A stretch of DNA of 62,584 nucleotides, filler included, from Sphacelaria rigidula (lineage: Eukaryota): NCBI GenBank assembly GCA_964200075.2. It is 10 parts of 10 records of this genome, joined end to end, with 100 filler letters (N's around TTAATTAATTAA, not from the genome) between each part and the next. Parts side by side here need not be neighbours in the genome. Positions count along the whole stretch, not along the records: positions 43,881 to 50,048 come from CAXNAA020021785.1; positions 50,149 to 56,316 come from CAXNAA020021786.1; positions 56,417 to 62,584 come from CAXNAA020021787.1; 7 more parts are not named here. One strand, 5' to 3'. Made by a program: the position numbers and the translations under genes. A model generated the notes under the pieces. It saw only the letters and a list, made by a program, of their open reading frames with translations, was not told the DNA's origin and ran no database searches. This document shows positions 49,621 to 62,584 of this stretch, piece by piece. Every line of letters begins with the position of its first letter. Position 1 is the stretch's first letter.

Positions 49621-50624
49621 GTAACTCCTGATGGTGTGGTACGATATCATTGGAATCGGTTAGGGGGCACAAACTTATCCCCGGTGCAGTTCATGCTTTT
49701 GAGGCAACGTCTTTTAAAGAACATTGTCGTTAGTCTCGGCACGATACGACACCCGATGAGGCCGTTTTCGGTGTTGCAGGATGGCCAACTGATGTGTGGC
49801 GCCTGTACTGGAGCTGCCTTCCCAACAAAAACGGAGCCTGAAAAATGAGGTTGAACACTCGAATGGGGTTGAAATTTCCTTCAAAAACGTCACATTTACG
49901 TCAAACACTTTCGCAAAAACAACCAACTGAAACTTCTCCAAGCTTGCCTTGTCGCACGTTGTTGCTCCAGTGTCTGAAGTCACATATCCTTTGGAGTCAT
50001 CCTACGATAGGGGGGGGGGTATTTGGTTGCATGAAACAAGAGGCTCAGNNNNNNNNNNNNNNNNNNNNNNNNNNNNNNNNNNNNNNNNNNNNTTAATTAA
50101 TTAANNNNNNNNNNNNNNNNNNNNNNNNNNNNNNNNNNNNNNNNNNNNTCAATGGTTTCATTACTAACCAAGTAGCCAATGAGTACACCCCCCCCCCCTC
50201 CCCTTCACGCCGCACTCATCCCTCGTCACCGTCGACTTCGCTCCCACCGGCGCGCTCGTCCAAAAAATACCTGAATATACAAAAGCCTTGGGACTGGATC
50301 GAAAGCCGTGATCAAGCAAATCAAGCGACGCTGCCGAGCCTCAGAACCGGGAAAATGTAACGGTTTAAGGGACGGCCAAGATCGTGGCAGGAGGACGTCC
50401 TCGCGGTATCTCTCGCCGGAGCAGCTGTGCCGAGGGGGCACTGCCGTGGGACTGGACTTGCCGGGGTTTCAGGCTGTCACCATCGCGGCGGCGGAGGTGG
50501 GTGGGTGTGTTGGTGTGGGTGTTGGTGTGGGCGGGTGTGGAGTTAGTTGGGGATGTCGGGATTCTTCTGTTTGTGTTGCTCGACTGTGCTTTGAGGGGTA
50601 TTTGATCAATTGTTTTTTATGGGT

Positions 50625-50800
50625 GGATGCATAGGTGGATTCATTGTCGGCATATTTCGACTGATTTGTTGGGTGATTGTCGGCATATTTTGATGGATTG
50701 ATTGATCGTCGGCATATTTTGATTAATCGATTGTCGGCATATTTTGATTGGTTGGTTGATCGTCGGCATATTTTGATTAATCGATTGTCGGCATATTTTA
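50625..50800. repeat. Minisatellite with GTCGGCATATTT core (6 copies, ~24-32-bp spacing)
   Basis: Direct reading. Confidence 0.9.
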
Positions 50801-51972
50801 TTTGATCCCCTTCAAATCCAAATCCAGCGGTAGTGGCAAGATAGATGGGCGCAAATGTGTCTGCCGAAGAGTCAATACAACGGGACAACGATATTTAGCT
50901 GAAAGTAGGCTCGAGATTTTGAGTGGTAATGTGGAGAAGGAAGGAAGGAAGGAAGGAAGGGAAAATAGAGGGCACCAACGGAGACGTCAGTCAGGCTGAA
51001 GAAATAGTAACAGTCTCGAGAAAGCCCATGAAATGCTGCCTCTTGCGAGGGCCTAACGTAAGGAGGCCATAAAAGAAAGGCGAGGCTGTGGGAAGCACGT
51101 TGCGACTCAACTAGTTATCCATACGATAGACCGGAGTAGTTCTGGTGTAGAATCTGAGCCACTAACTCTGCGCGAAGAAAGCGCGGACAGTAGATTGCCT
51201 GCGGGAGACTGTCGAGGTTTTGCGCGCGCGTGTGTGTGTGACGACCCCGGAAGGAAATTTGTACAGGGCTCACTCGAGGAACACCTTTTTTGGTTGGATT
51301 TGTTGGGATTTCGTCCATAATTTCAGTTATTTGATGACTTACACTTCGTTCCACACGGGAAGATACAGATTTCGCGAGTACGATGTGAACGATAGTCGTG
51401 ATTCTCAAACTTTCTCCGCAGATCGCAAGTTACAGCCGATAGAAGCCCGGAATAATCAATCTCACGAAAACGTTGTTCAAGGTGAAAAACAAAGTACTAA
51501 GGTAAGTTCACCTGAGTGATTCCGGGCTGGTATCGGCTGTGACTCATTGACCTACGGAGAAGTTTTGACGGCCAAGACTATGGCTCGAATGGTGCTCGCA
51601 AAACCTCCCTCTTCGTGATTTTGAAGAGAGAGTAATTAATCCAAAAAGAGTTTTTGTTGACGAAATCCCAACAGAAAAAAGAAGGACAAACAAGAACAAA
51701 TCCTGAAATTACCCCTGTTTTTTTGTTCACGTGAGCATTCGGCCTTCGACGACCCGCTGGTCGTCGTCGTTGTGGCGCATCATGTTGGGGTGTGTGGCGT
51801 CGGTAGCGATTGTTGTGTACAAGCGTCCGTGTGGTGGTGTATGTACTGGTGCTGCTTGCTTGCTGGCTTGCTGTGGCACTCAAGACGGCTTTAGTTAGAT
51901 GATGCGACTCTGTATTTGCTGTTTGCATGTTGCGAACTCGTGGTGACCCCTCTCGGCTCCCGTTTTACTTGA

Positions 51973-52070
51973 CCCCTTGGCTGCGAGGGTAGTTCATCTG
52001 GACCACGCATACTTCTTGGAAGTGGAAGTGATGCCGAATCAACTGATGATCTACTCTCGCCGTCAAAGGG
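51973..52070. mobile_element. 98-bp piggyBac-like mini element
   Basis: 26-bp imperfect TIRs CCCCTTGGCTGCGAGGGTAGTTCATC / GATGATCTACTCTCGCCGTCAAAGGG flanked by TTGA and TTAA. Confidence 0.7.
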
Positions 52071-52123
52071 TTAACGAAAGAAGTATGGTGGTGATATTGT
52101 GAGGATAATCATGTTGCTATGAA

Positions 52124-52316
52124 AAACAGCCAACGCGTGTAACCCACGCGTGGCCACCATTTTTCGTTTCCTCTTCCTTTAAAATTCGCACTCTCATTAT
52201 CATTATCATTTAAATCAATTAGAAGAAAATATTCATTTTTTGTTAGAACGGAGGAATAATCCGATGAGAACGCGAAAAGGAAATATAGAAGATGGTTGCC
52301 ACGCGTGGGCTGTTGG
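52124..52316. mobile_element. Short foldback element with CCCACGCGTGG terminal motifs
   Basis: cccacgcgtggccaccat vs atggttgccacgcgtggg inverted pair around an AT-rich core. Confidence 0.65.
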
Positions 52317-52719
52317 TCATTCTCATTCTCATGCTCATAGTCTTGTGTAGCTTTTTTTTTTTTTCGCTAATTGAGCCGGGGCCTCATCAGTCAAGAATCG
52401 AGCGGTGTTTGTTCATTGAATAACCTTGGGTTCGTTTCTCTTGTGACCACGGCTCGACCGGATTGTCAACCCTTAGACGGCGAGCGTCGCCTCGGAACAG
52501 TATCACATGCTGACAGTCCAGGGACATCCGCGATTTCCAGGGGGCGGGGCGGGGCGGGGGGCGTATACTTATTTGTTGCTTGCCTTAGTCGTTTGACCAT
52601 TGACCACGCATCCCTTTCGAGACGGAGCACAGGGGGCGGGGGTGGGGGTCTGTTTGCAGAATAGCCGAAAAAGCTCGCCGAGTCAACCATGTATGTTCGG
52701 AAGCTTCCCACGGAAAATT

Positions 52720-53419
52720 CTAAGCCAAAAAGGAAGCCCGAGAGGAGCGGAGTGACCATTCTGACCCATCACGGCTATCACAATGCTCACTTCGTTCCCC
52801 TACAGGCGGACTAAAGGTGGAATTCTTCGCTGCCTGGCCGTGTTCATGATTTTGGTCATGGCAATTCAACCATGGATGGCATGGACGCAAAATATGTGCT
52901 TCATACTCTGCTCGTGATCGGTGCCTCCTCTCTGGCCCCTCATTCTTTGCCAGCATAGCTTCAGACTGCCTGTAGTGTTGTTGTGTACCACTTGGCGAAG
53001 ACACCGGTGACATGCAGTAGACTGTGTTCAGTGGAGAGCGATGGCGCGCTGGTTGTTTCTTGCCATTGTACCCAGCGACGACGTACAGCACACGTGCTGA
53101 CTCTGCACGCCATTTACCTAGGGTCAATACCGGTCAGGGGTTATCCGGGACTATTTTTTTTGTAGATAGGTGCCCAACATCCACATGATTGTGAATAACG
53201 GCGTTTTGTGTAGCAAGAAAGCAGCTGTTCTGAACCCCAAATGCGGCATAGTCCATCCCAGTCCACCATCCCAGTCCACCTGCGGGGGGGAGTCGCTGTC
53301 TAAGATTTAAGAGATGGGTCGATATGCCTCGACCAAGATCAGTTGATGTACACAAGCTCAAGCTCGATTTTTCGGAGTGTATCAGGTCGGGAAAATGTAA
53401 TTGTCCTTGCCAGTTCATT
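52720..53419 (-). CDS. Possible two terminal exons of an unknown gene (53280-53419, 52720-53117)
   Basis: Two open frames joinable in phase 1 through a GT-AG intron; no recognisable domain. Confidence 0.25.
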
Positions 53420-53471
53420 CTGAAAACGTAGGGGAGTGCATGTAAGCTTTTCACGGCTTTTTTTTTTTTTC

Positions 53472-53721
53472 CTGTTTCGTTTGATCACGGTCCCTCAAAC
53501 ATTGCTCCTTCTTCCACATTTGAGTGTGTGCGTTGTCATCCTAATTATTCTGCACGCCAGTCTACTGTACACCCTTCGGTTTATGTGGACGCTTCTTCAA
53601 CTGTTTCATTTGATCACGGTCCCTCGAATATTGCTTCTCCTTTCACATTCAAGTGTGTGCGTTGCCGTACTAATTTTTCTGCACGCCAGTCTACTATACA
53701 CCCTTCGGTTCATGTGGACGC
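53472..53721 (+). repeat. 129-bp tandem duplication including the head of the SINE-like repeat
   Basis: ctgtttc.tttgatcacggtccctc at 53472 and 53601. Confidence 0.85.
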
Positions 53722-54065
53722 ATCAGCCGGAGTCAAAGGAGGAAGATCAAGACAAGAGTTTTTTTTTTCCTTTTCTTGTTCTAGTACCCCACCTTCCATC
53801 TGCGGTGCTTGCCTTCCTTTTTTTATGGCGAGAAGGGTTGAGCATTCAAGTACTGTAGTCAATCAACGCGGAAGTGACCAGTGTATGCAGTCATGTTTTT
53901 CGTCCGCCTCGTCCTGCCCCCTCCCTCTTCTTCTACAAGACGTGATGGGTAGGTACAGGTACAACACAAGAGCAGTAAAATGAAGCAAGGTTTAGATCAG
54001 TCTCGTGCGGGAGAAAGTTGGTGGAGCTCTGGTAGAGTTTGTTGCACGCGAGACGCTTTGACATG

Positions 54066-54555
54066 GAGCTCGGAAATGGTTTGTCTGACCATTAACCAGT
54101 TGACTGGTTACGCTTAGCGCGCTCATTAACCAGTTAAATGGTACATAATGGTTTGGTCGTCGAGCAGTGAAACCGCGAGCTAAAAAGCCCCCCCGGCAGA
54201 GGGGGCCCCGCCGGAGGCGCCCCTGGAGGGCCTCGCTAGAGGCGCCGTGGCGGAGGCACATCTTTACGCGATTCGGCTACACTAGAGCTAAAAAATTCAT
54301 CAAATTTGGGCCACTTTACCAGGGCTGTATGTAGCATAAGTAGCCGGTAACGGCTTATAAAGCGGGTAACGGCAAATAATGGTTTGAAACCATTATCCAG
54401 AATCTTCATCTAACTAATACCATCGGTAACGGCTTATGAAGCCGGTAACGGTAAATAATGGTTTGAAACCATTATCCAGAATCTTCATCTAACTAATACC
54501 ACTATTACCATTATAATGATAATGACCAGTTATAACTGGTACCGTTTCCGAGCTC
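54066..54555. mobile_element. 490-bp MITE containing a 79-bp tandem duplication (~54345-54501)
   Basis: TIRs GAGCTCGGAAATGGT / ACCGTTTCCGAGCTC; duplicated unit contains the hairpin ATAATGGTTT-G-AAACCATTAT. Confidence 0.72.
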
Positions 54556-56048
54556 TACTTTGACATGTATGTGTACATGCATGCACAAACAAAAGCTCTC
54601 TCCCCACCGCGCACACCGTAATGGCAGGGTCGAGATTGCGGGGGTGGCTCCAGCAACGCTTTTGTGGAGGCGCGAGGTCTGTGGACTGCCGCACGTTTTT
54701 CCCGAGTTTTGTCGGCGGAGGCGATTTGCAGGGTGGCAGAGGCGTGCGCTACGGGGATGGGGGATAGCCGTCCCCTGGTTGTGAGGCTGCACGCGTGTCG
54801 TGCGTTGGGTTTGCTCAGCCGGTGAGGACTCGGGCCTCTACTCTTGACGTCTTTCAGTTTTTTTTTCTTCTCTCTTCACTTTCGTCTTCATTTGGATGTC
54901 AGGATGGGCGCTTGTTTTGTAGGGCTTCAGACGGAAGCGTGAGAGTAGCATGGAGGCCTTATTATGGTGAAAATTGTGTACCTTTTCTTCCCCTGTGCCT
55001 GTGCCTGTGCCTCTACCTTCGTGTATACCGTTGTGTGTACTTGTGCTTGCCGTGTTCCGCGTGTTTGTCACCTCTCCTCTCAAATCCGACACGGTCCCCG
55101 TCTTGATGAACTGTCGTTATTTATTTTCGATCTCTGTATTGGTTGAAAGAGTGTCATACTCCTTACTGTGTATCCGGAGGACAGTGTGCCTCACCACCAT
55201 CACTACGAAACACATCCCAGCCCTCCCTCCAGCAAGCAGTACCTATTCAATCCCGTGAACGCTCATTGCGTACGTCCCGTGTACGGCCGATGCATGTACG
55301 TCCCGCGAACGCCCGTTGCGCATACATCCCGTGGACGCCCACTGCGTACATGTCGGAAAACGGCCTGGGAAGAGGTAGCGTGCATGCACTTCCTGTGGGT
55401 CCTCGCTTAGATGCATGTCTAGTGTCCAAGTACGTGTGCGTCGCTGGCGCGTACGGCGTGTGCTTTGCGTGTGCTGTGTAACGTTTATTTTTGTTTCGAC
55501 GGCCATGGTGATGATGATGTATCGCAAGGAAAAAGTTTTTTCCGTGCTCCCTTTTCGTTTTTGGCGAGGAGAATTTTGTTTCAACTCTGGTGCCAGACGT
55601 ACAGTAGCAAAATATCATTACACACCCTGGACAATATGCGGTCAATAGTTGTCCGGCAAGAGTATCGATAGACCTATACTTGATGTAAAACATTTTATTT
55701 TATTTTCTATTGCAGCTGCTGGACACATATTGTGGAGGGTATTGATCATTCAGAGGTGTCGCGATCGGTTTGGATCGTTTTTCTTCGATGAAGCGAGCCA
55801 GACCGTCTACAAATTATGATGATCGGCAACGTCGTTGTTCGTTTTTGAGATTGGTTGAGGACGTGAGCGTTTCCGCTCCCCGGAAGGAGCATATTCGTTT
55901 TTTTGTAATTTTTTTGCATTCGTATGTCCGGCGGCGTGTCTTTCGTATGTGTCAAGCACGTGCCATTCTTTTGCCGTCCATGATGATGATGATGATGATG
56001 ATGATGGTGGTGATGATGACGATTGCTTCCCCCTCCCCCCCTCTCGAG

Positions 56049-56316
56049 CCTGGTCCGGGGAAAGCGCGCCGTGCTCCGTCCCGGCTTTGAAGGGGATGCG
56101 CGGCCTATGGTCACATGACCACGGCATGCAAGATCATGAGTTCCCCCCCTCTCCTCCCCCCCTCGACCCGGAGGTCTTTGTTCGGAGTGGAAATTGTGAT
56201 CCGTCTAGAAAGGGATCCGTGTACAACTGTCAAATGACCGAGGCAAACAACGAATGAGTACGCCCCCCCCCCCCCCCCCCCCCCCCCCCCCGCCCCCCCC
56301 CCCGCCCCCCCCCCCC
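56049..56316 (+). repeat. Two adjacent copies of a short repeat ending ATGAGT(A/T)C + poly-C, preceded by (GAT)n at ~55980-56020
   Basis: Related copies at ~758-837, 17812-17920, 18322-18360, 50150-50198 (+) and 20895-20930, 43695-43775, 52555-52632 (-). Confidence 0.75.
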
Positions 56317-59290
56317 NNNNNNNNNNNNNNNNNNNNNNNNNNNNNNNNNNNNNNNNNNNNTTAATTAATTAANNNNNNNNNNNNNNNNNNNNNNNNNNNN
56401 NNNNNNNNNNNNNNNNATAAGTCGTGTTTTGGATGAGATGAGGGGCTCCCAACAATTTCAACCTCAGAAATTATTTCTGTACTCCTACCGTAGCATCACT
56501 CTTCAGCGTGATCAAAGATGCTCACGAATTCTTTTCCACTAATCTTCCTTCGTCAGTGACTGATGAATGCCCGTGCAATGACTGCTGTGCGGAAAATATC
56601 ATTGAGTTCACATTGAGGACAGCTATAGTAAAAAACGCCACGATTACTATTCGATCAATACAGATTCTTGTGTGGATAGTGTGCGCACGCGTAGCGAACA
56701 GGGACGTACGCACAGCGCAATGGCATCATGCCTCTTCATCGGCAGACGTCGAACCAAGATGCTTGCACGCATGATCAACCAGAGCGGCACAGCCATCAAT
56801 ACATCAGCACATCGGCAGTGTTCCTACAGAAGATCGTCCAGCAGTGTGACGCTCGTCTCTCCCCCGACAACATCGAATTCGGAGATGACAGTCTGATTCC
56901 CCTTGTTGGACTGTGCCACATACCCGACCACGTCCTCCCCAAACAGGTCGTATGTCCTTGCAACAAACAATATCCCGCTCTCAACCACACCTGTATCTAC
57001 TCGTGTGCATCTCATTGATTTCCCCCGCCGACCAAATTTCCGTCACGCACGGTAGGACAGGATGCCCATGTGCTCGCCAAGAGCACAATCTTTTCCTACC
57101 CTACATCAAACGCTTGAACCACCCATCCCCCGCATCCATGACCGCTTTCACCACTACCGCCCGTCCCGTTCGACCCCGACCGCCACCCCGTTTTGGGGGA
57201 CGATCTCGTGCAGGACCTGCACGATCCGCGAGGGAGCGGCTGCACGACATGACACACTCCGAAAAACAGCCAAGACACACAACACTACCGCCCCCCTTGG
57301 AACACTGTCAGGTCATTATCCATAACATCTCAACGGAAACCCCTCTGCACTCCCCCTCTCTTGCAGGAGCACAGTCCTTGAGGCACCCATTATCGCAGTG
57401 ACTTACTTCACTGGCCAGGGTGTATACAGCAGCAAAGAGATACAACGTGATCCCGCCGCTGTACAGCACTCACAGCCGATTGTTAAAAAGTGCAGTCTAT
57501 GCATTTGGGGGCCTTAGAACGCTTCGAATTCTTCTTTCCATACCCAAGATATCTGAAAAATATGTCACGACTCTCCTCCCCAGGAATACTGCATCACATC
57601 CATCACTCAATCCATCACCGCCACGATGCGATATCATCATGAATTGACTCAACTTCACGATTTCTTCGCCGATTGAAAGCGAAGAAGAGGCAGGAGGAAT
57701 AAAAGCAAAAGTCGATAGCACACGCGCGTCGATGTTGGCTTACAACTACGACCGGGTTCTAGGAGCACCTACCCCCGTGACGAGAGCGATGAGAACATCA
57801 CAAGGTTGTGCCCTGTAGGCTACGCCGGGTGAAATTCGGTGTCCTAGAGAAGCGTGAGGGCGGTTTCCATTTCATCAGCAAATACCCTTTCGAAGCATAC
57901 CGGATTGTTGGGAACCCGGCTCGACAACCACACCGGAAAACACGTTCCGGCGTGGTTCAGGATGTGAAGCAAAAATTCCTCACTTCCGGGTATACCCCAT
58001 ATAATGTAACCTGGAGCATTCCTCTCGACTCACGACATACTGAGTGAAAAAAACCCGACTGAAGCAAATTCTACTCTCACCGTATGTATATGTACTATAC
58101 TGATCGTGCCCGCCAAGCATTTCAGACGGGCACGTACGAAGCTCGACTTTCTACAAATTACGCCAAGTGGTGGAGGCGTGTACAGCAAACATCGCTCATA
58201 TGGGTGTCCGATCATGTTCTCGGGAATCACCATCGAGGCAAAATTACAATACATGATACACATACACAACACACAAGGGGGAAAATGAAACGGAGAGGAA
58301 GACGACGGGATGCGCGCGATCGCCAGTGCCCACGCAACTACACGCAGTCGAATCACCGCCAAAATAAAAATTATCACATTCGGTGCGTGCCGAGATACTC
58401 GCCATTTTCGCCGAAAAGTCGACGCAAATGACGTACGAACGCACGGGCCGAATCAAAAGCAACAAACACCAGGCAGTAAAAAGTATACAGGCCCTTGCAT
58501 GGGCAACAATAAATGAACAGTGGGGGCCCTCATAAATAGCACATAACCTCCTTCCTCCATCCGATTAAAAAACAACGTGACAACGTTACACATGACAATT
58601 ACCGAGCAACGGAGCACCAAAAATTAAACACACAATCATATTACAAGAGAATCCAACGCGATACACAAGATGTCTCCAAGAAAATAAGTAAATCCACCAC
58701 CACAACCATCCACTCCATTCGACCGAAGCAGCGCCACAAACGATATCAAACGTGGAACGCGCAGTGCACCACACGCCGCGTCCCTCAGCCACACAGCCGG
58801 GGGGCAAGTTCCGCAAAGACTTCAAGTGCCGTTTGCAGAAATCAATATTCAAGTTCATCCATCAGGTTAAAGGGAAAGGGTCGCGCAAAATTCGAGACAA
58901 AACAACACACCGTACACGCACCACATTTGAGGATATTTTTTTTCCGGGTCAATCATAATAACATCATGCCGCCACCAAAGATGGATGACAACCTCAAGTT
59001 GCTAACTACGTGGCCGCCGGTGCGGTAACAAATAAAATAAACTCAAACGAGCGACGCATGCTACAGACGAACATTAAATCGTGACTGCAAACGCCCCACA
59101 TAAAAACAAAATCGGAAAAAACACAGTCGCCAAACTAAGCGGAGAAACCAGTTACCCCGTTAAAGCGCGTCCACTTAGTCTGGCCAACAAGCAATGGGTT
59201 AGCTTAGCGATCAACAACCACTGAACCCCCCTCCGCTCCTCGTACCCCCCCCGCCCGTATGACCACTCCTAAATTCTACTTAGGTCCAAC

Positions 59291-61604
59291 CTTTGCCGAC
59301 TCGCTGTCCCGACCTGCAAGGGCTAACACGGCGGAAAACACACAAATCAGGATGGACACAGTGAGCGCGAAGATCAACGCGCCGATCCCGTCACCGTCCA
59401 GTCCGCCCCCTCCATCGTCGCTGCTGTCGCTGTCCCCGCCGCCAGCGACATCCGCATCGAGATCATCATCTTCATCGGAAGACTCGCTTGAACTGTCGTC
59501 GCTCCCACTGTCGCTGCTTCCGTTATCGTGATCCTTGTCATCGTCATCCTTATGATGCTTGCCGTCGTGATCATCATCATCATGATCATCGCTGCTCGAA
59601 ACAGGACTTGGAGAGGGGTGATCCTCTGGGGGAAAGGAAGGGAAGGAGGGGGCGAAATACAACGATATATATATATATATATATGTGAAGATGTAAAAAC
59701 GAAAAGATCCATGCTCGCACAAGATGAGACAACCCGCATGAGCCAACCATCAAGACCTGCACGGTGCAATGCAGCACAGGATTAGATTCCTTTCCTTTGC
59801 CAAATCATTCCACTCACTGCTCGCCCGGTGCTGCCTCCAACATCAAGCCGTGTCGGCAATGGATGAGGCGTCCTCATCTTCGTTGCAAAGCCATACGCAT
59901 ATCTTCGTTACTCACTCCTCGACCAGCGTCTTTGGATGAGCAGAGAGAAGTCAACAAAAATCCACAGAAAGCGAGAGGAACCACCTGAACGGAGGTAAGT
60001 CAACCCACTGCATCTTCTTTTCTTGGCTTCACCTCCACAACTACACTCCACCCTTTACAGTACCACCACGTGTAGCTCCAAGAGATCAACTCTATTGCCC
60101 CGCGGTACATTCCCGACATCTTGATGTCGACTGGCCCGAGTGCTCCCCCGTACCGCATCATTTTCCGCCAGGTTTCTCCATTACTCCATCTTTGCGCATT
60201 GCGTACGATAAACACACTTGCACCACCGACTCTGTCCAATTTCTCTTTTGTCCACGTCCTCGTAGTGTTTTCAAACGAGGAAGAGATCATGTATTCTTCG
60301 AGAGAAGAAAAAAAGCGCATCCGTCGGGGCTTACAACCCCTAACCACTCCTGCCCGTAGCAACCGGGTTTCAGCAACATTCAACAGTCATATGATCCATG
60401 CACGCGGGCATTCCGGCAAAAAGCATCAATCCGCCTCGTGTACCTGGAGAGGGTGTCTCATCCGTGTCGTCGTCGCTGTGGTGGGATGAGTCGTCATCGG
60501 GTTTACGCCCCGTGTCCTTGTCGTCGCTCCCAGAATCCGAGTCGCTGTCATCGCCACCATCATGGCCGCCATCATCATCACCGTCATCGTCTCCGTCTGG
60601 TCCGCGCGTTCCCGAGTCTACTCCATACGAGTACCTGCGTCAAGACACAGGACGGCAGGAGGCTTTCGCAGTCAAGCACAACAGTAGGGTATCGCTCGCG
60701 ACCCGGCGGTCCAGACCGCAAAATGATGCGAACGACAAATATATGTCGCGGAGCACATGGGTTCGATTTCCGCCAGCAGCCCGGAAAGAGACGTTTGACC
60801 TGCATTTCTTTTGCTTCATGATTTCCCTTCGTTGGGGGCACGAGGGAATGACAGCATTTTTTTTTGGGGGGGGGGGAGGGTGGGAAGTCAACGCGGTGCT
60901 GGGGTGCTGGTCATCATCCAGTTGGCGATGATCCCAAAATCTTTGGCGCGTACTGCACGCGGCAGTGCTGGTTACCATCTGGCCAGCGATAATCCCCAAA
61001 ATTAAGGCGTGGGCTGAACCCGAGGGTAGATGGGTTGCTTCATACGTCGAGAACACGGGATCATCCCGAGGAAGGGCTGGGATCCGAAGCGGTTCAACAT
61101 CAAACCAAGAACACCATACCGACCATATCGTCAATGATTGACAGCCTCCAATACCTTGCTTCATCTTCTCGTACAGCCACTCCAAGAGGAGGCCACGGCA
61201 TGCACACGCCTCATGGGTGTGGTTCACCATGGGGTAGGGGGCGGGGTTGTCCTGCACCTTCAATCGATGACTGATTTGTGCTTGATCCAAATCGATTAAT
61301 TATTCCCCTGAATGCGAAATTGCTCATCTTCGAGGAATCATCCCGGAGACACGAAATCACGATCGACAACCTGTCGAAATAGAGCGCTCAAGAGTTCGAG
61401 CTTCCCATGACCGTCTGTCGCCAAGGGATGGTGGGGGCAAAAGAACGGGTAAGGGACGACCTGCGCTGTTGTACTCACGAGAGGTCGCTGCCTCCACTCG
61501 GTTTCGGCGTAAGTGTGATCGGTTTGGGAGCTGGCGTTGGGACCGGAGCTGTAGTTGGCGCCGAGACCTTATCTGACACCGGATCGGTGGTACATGACGT
61601 CAGC
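59291..61604 (-). CDS. Putative single-pass membrane protein, partial; exons 61479-61604, 60444-60634, 59291(or 59314)-59625
   Basis: Phase-compatible GT-AG junctions (TC|G, G|AG) give a Pro/Thr stalk APTTAPVPTPAPKP, DLSYSY, Asp/His/Ser/Gly-rich tracts and hydrophobic IGALIFALTVSILICVFSAVLALA. Confidence 0.78.
59830..60383 (-). mobile_element. Highly decayed LINE (RTE/CR1-like) 3' remnant in an intron
   Basis: LNVAETRLLR..G resembles the post-RT l.v.E.r.lR..G segment, followed by a W/R-rich degenerate tail; weak. Confidence 0.4.
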
Positions 61605-62584
61605 CTGCGTATGTACAAGAAAAAAAAGACGAGCAGAGCAAGGTCGTCGTGAGTGCAGATGTGGGTCGAACCACGGCAAAAATGTGCTCATCAACCACGG
61701 AAAAATATTTGGGCGCTAAAAGTCGAGTCCTTGCCGATTACACGACAAACTACGTAAATTGAAGCTGACGGCGCGAACCTAGATTTGATTGATTAATTAT
61801 GTGTTGATCACCGCACTCCGACCGATCCCCCGAGAGTCATGATTCAGTCATGGGTCACTGTCCACATGATAAGTGCCAACAAAAAAGGTCCGAGACCCCA
61901 TCTACGCCCCTTCCCCTCCCCCCTCCGGCGGCAGTACGTGCTGGGCCAGCCTAAAAACGGATTCAAGCTCCAAAAGCAAAATCTCTTCGAAACAGACGAG
62001 TTGGGCCGTGATCCGCGCATCGTATTGATCGTCAAATCAAGCGGAAGGTGCCCATCCGCTCGAAAGTGTGGGCCCATATTTTCTCGTTGATCAAATATCA
62101 CGTCGAGTGACTCCCACACATGAGGGAGATAGCGCCAATACCAAAATCTATATGATCCCGATCGATGCATTTAGCGGATGGCGACGAATTTTGTTGTGGA
62201 GAACCGTAACAGATTGCCGAATAAAATGAAATGCCTTCTTTTTCTTCTCGTGAATAAATGGTCTTGACCACAGCAGGACGCCCTGGACCAGTAAAAAAAT
62301 TGAAAAAAAAACGGACCCACTTTGTTTCGATAATTATGTCTTGGAGAGCGCCCACACAAAATTCAATATACGAAAATCAGACACTGGCGAGTGAGTGGCC
62401 TGCGAAATACTGTTCCGAATTTCTACCGACCCGGTCTTTGGAAGCTCCCGCCAATATTTGGAGTTGGGCCCTAAAAGTTGCTATGGACAATGAAGTAGGG
62501 CATGAAAGAAAAAATGGTGATCCGAACCCGTGATGATTCGTCCTAACCGTGGAATATTGATACTTGCAACAGCAACACTCCAAC

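Noticed and set aside
50625..50800. CRISPR-like spacing of GTCGGCATATTT repeats (also 4855-5015, 54345-54501)
   Set aside because: Intervening sequences resemble each other, the repeats are too short or degenerate, there are no cas genes and the context is eukaryotic
56505..57720. Coding-like decayed sequence, with faint similarity of ~57575-57625 to the minus strand at ~14575-14625
   Set aside because: Too degenerate to assign a family or boundaries by eye

Overview
Eukaryotic, repeat-rich, intron-containing DNA, most consistent with a brown alga (Phaeophyceae). This is inferred from GT-AG introns with GTGAG/GTGCG/GTACG donors, C/A-rich acceptors, short exons in long introns, and the gene types present. 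The window is not one locus. It is ten unrelated contigs of 6169/6168 bp joined by artificial 100-bp spacers (44 N + TTAATTAATTAA + 44 N), so nothing can be inferred across spacers. Supported gene fragments are a TPR exon, a nucleotide-diphospho-sugar transferase (GT77-like) exon, the first exon of a membrane-anchored tyrosinase-like gene, three nucleoredoxin exons, five PP2C phosphatase exons and three exons of a Pro/Thr- and His/Asp-rich single-pass membrane protein. There is one tRNA-Asn(GTT). The rest is a decayed, internally deleted Ty3/Gypsy element, LINE fragments, many MITE/foldback families (TA, TTAA and TG target sites), micro/minisatellites and decayed ORFs. The most unusual signals are a ~478-bp tandem array carrying tRNA-like Pol III units, a loopless 154-bp palindrome whose mismatches are mostly G-U compatible, a 2.65-kb CAC...GTG element with a tRNA-like cassette, and a short repeat family that sits in poly-C tracts. 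No CRISPR array or prokaryotic operon is present. All family assignments come from motif recognition by eye, not database searches.
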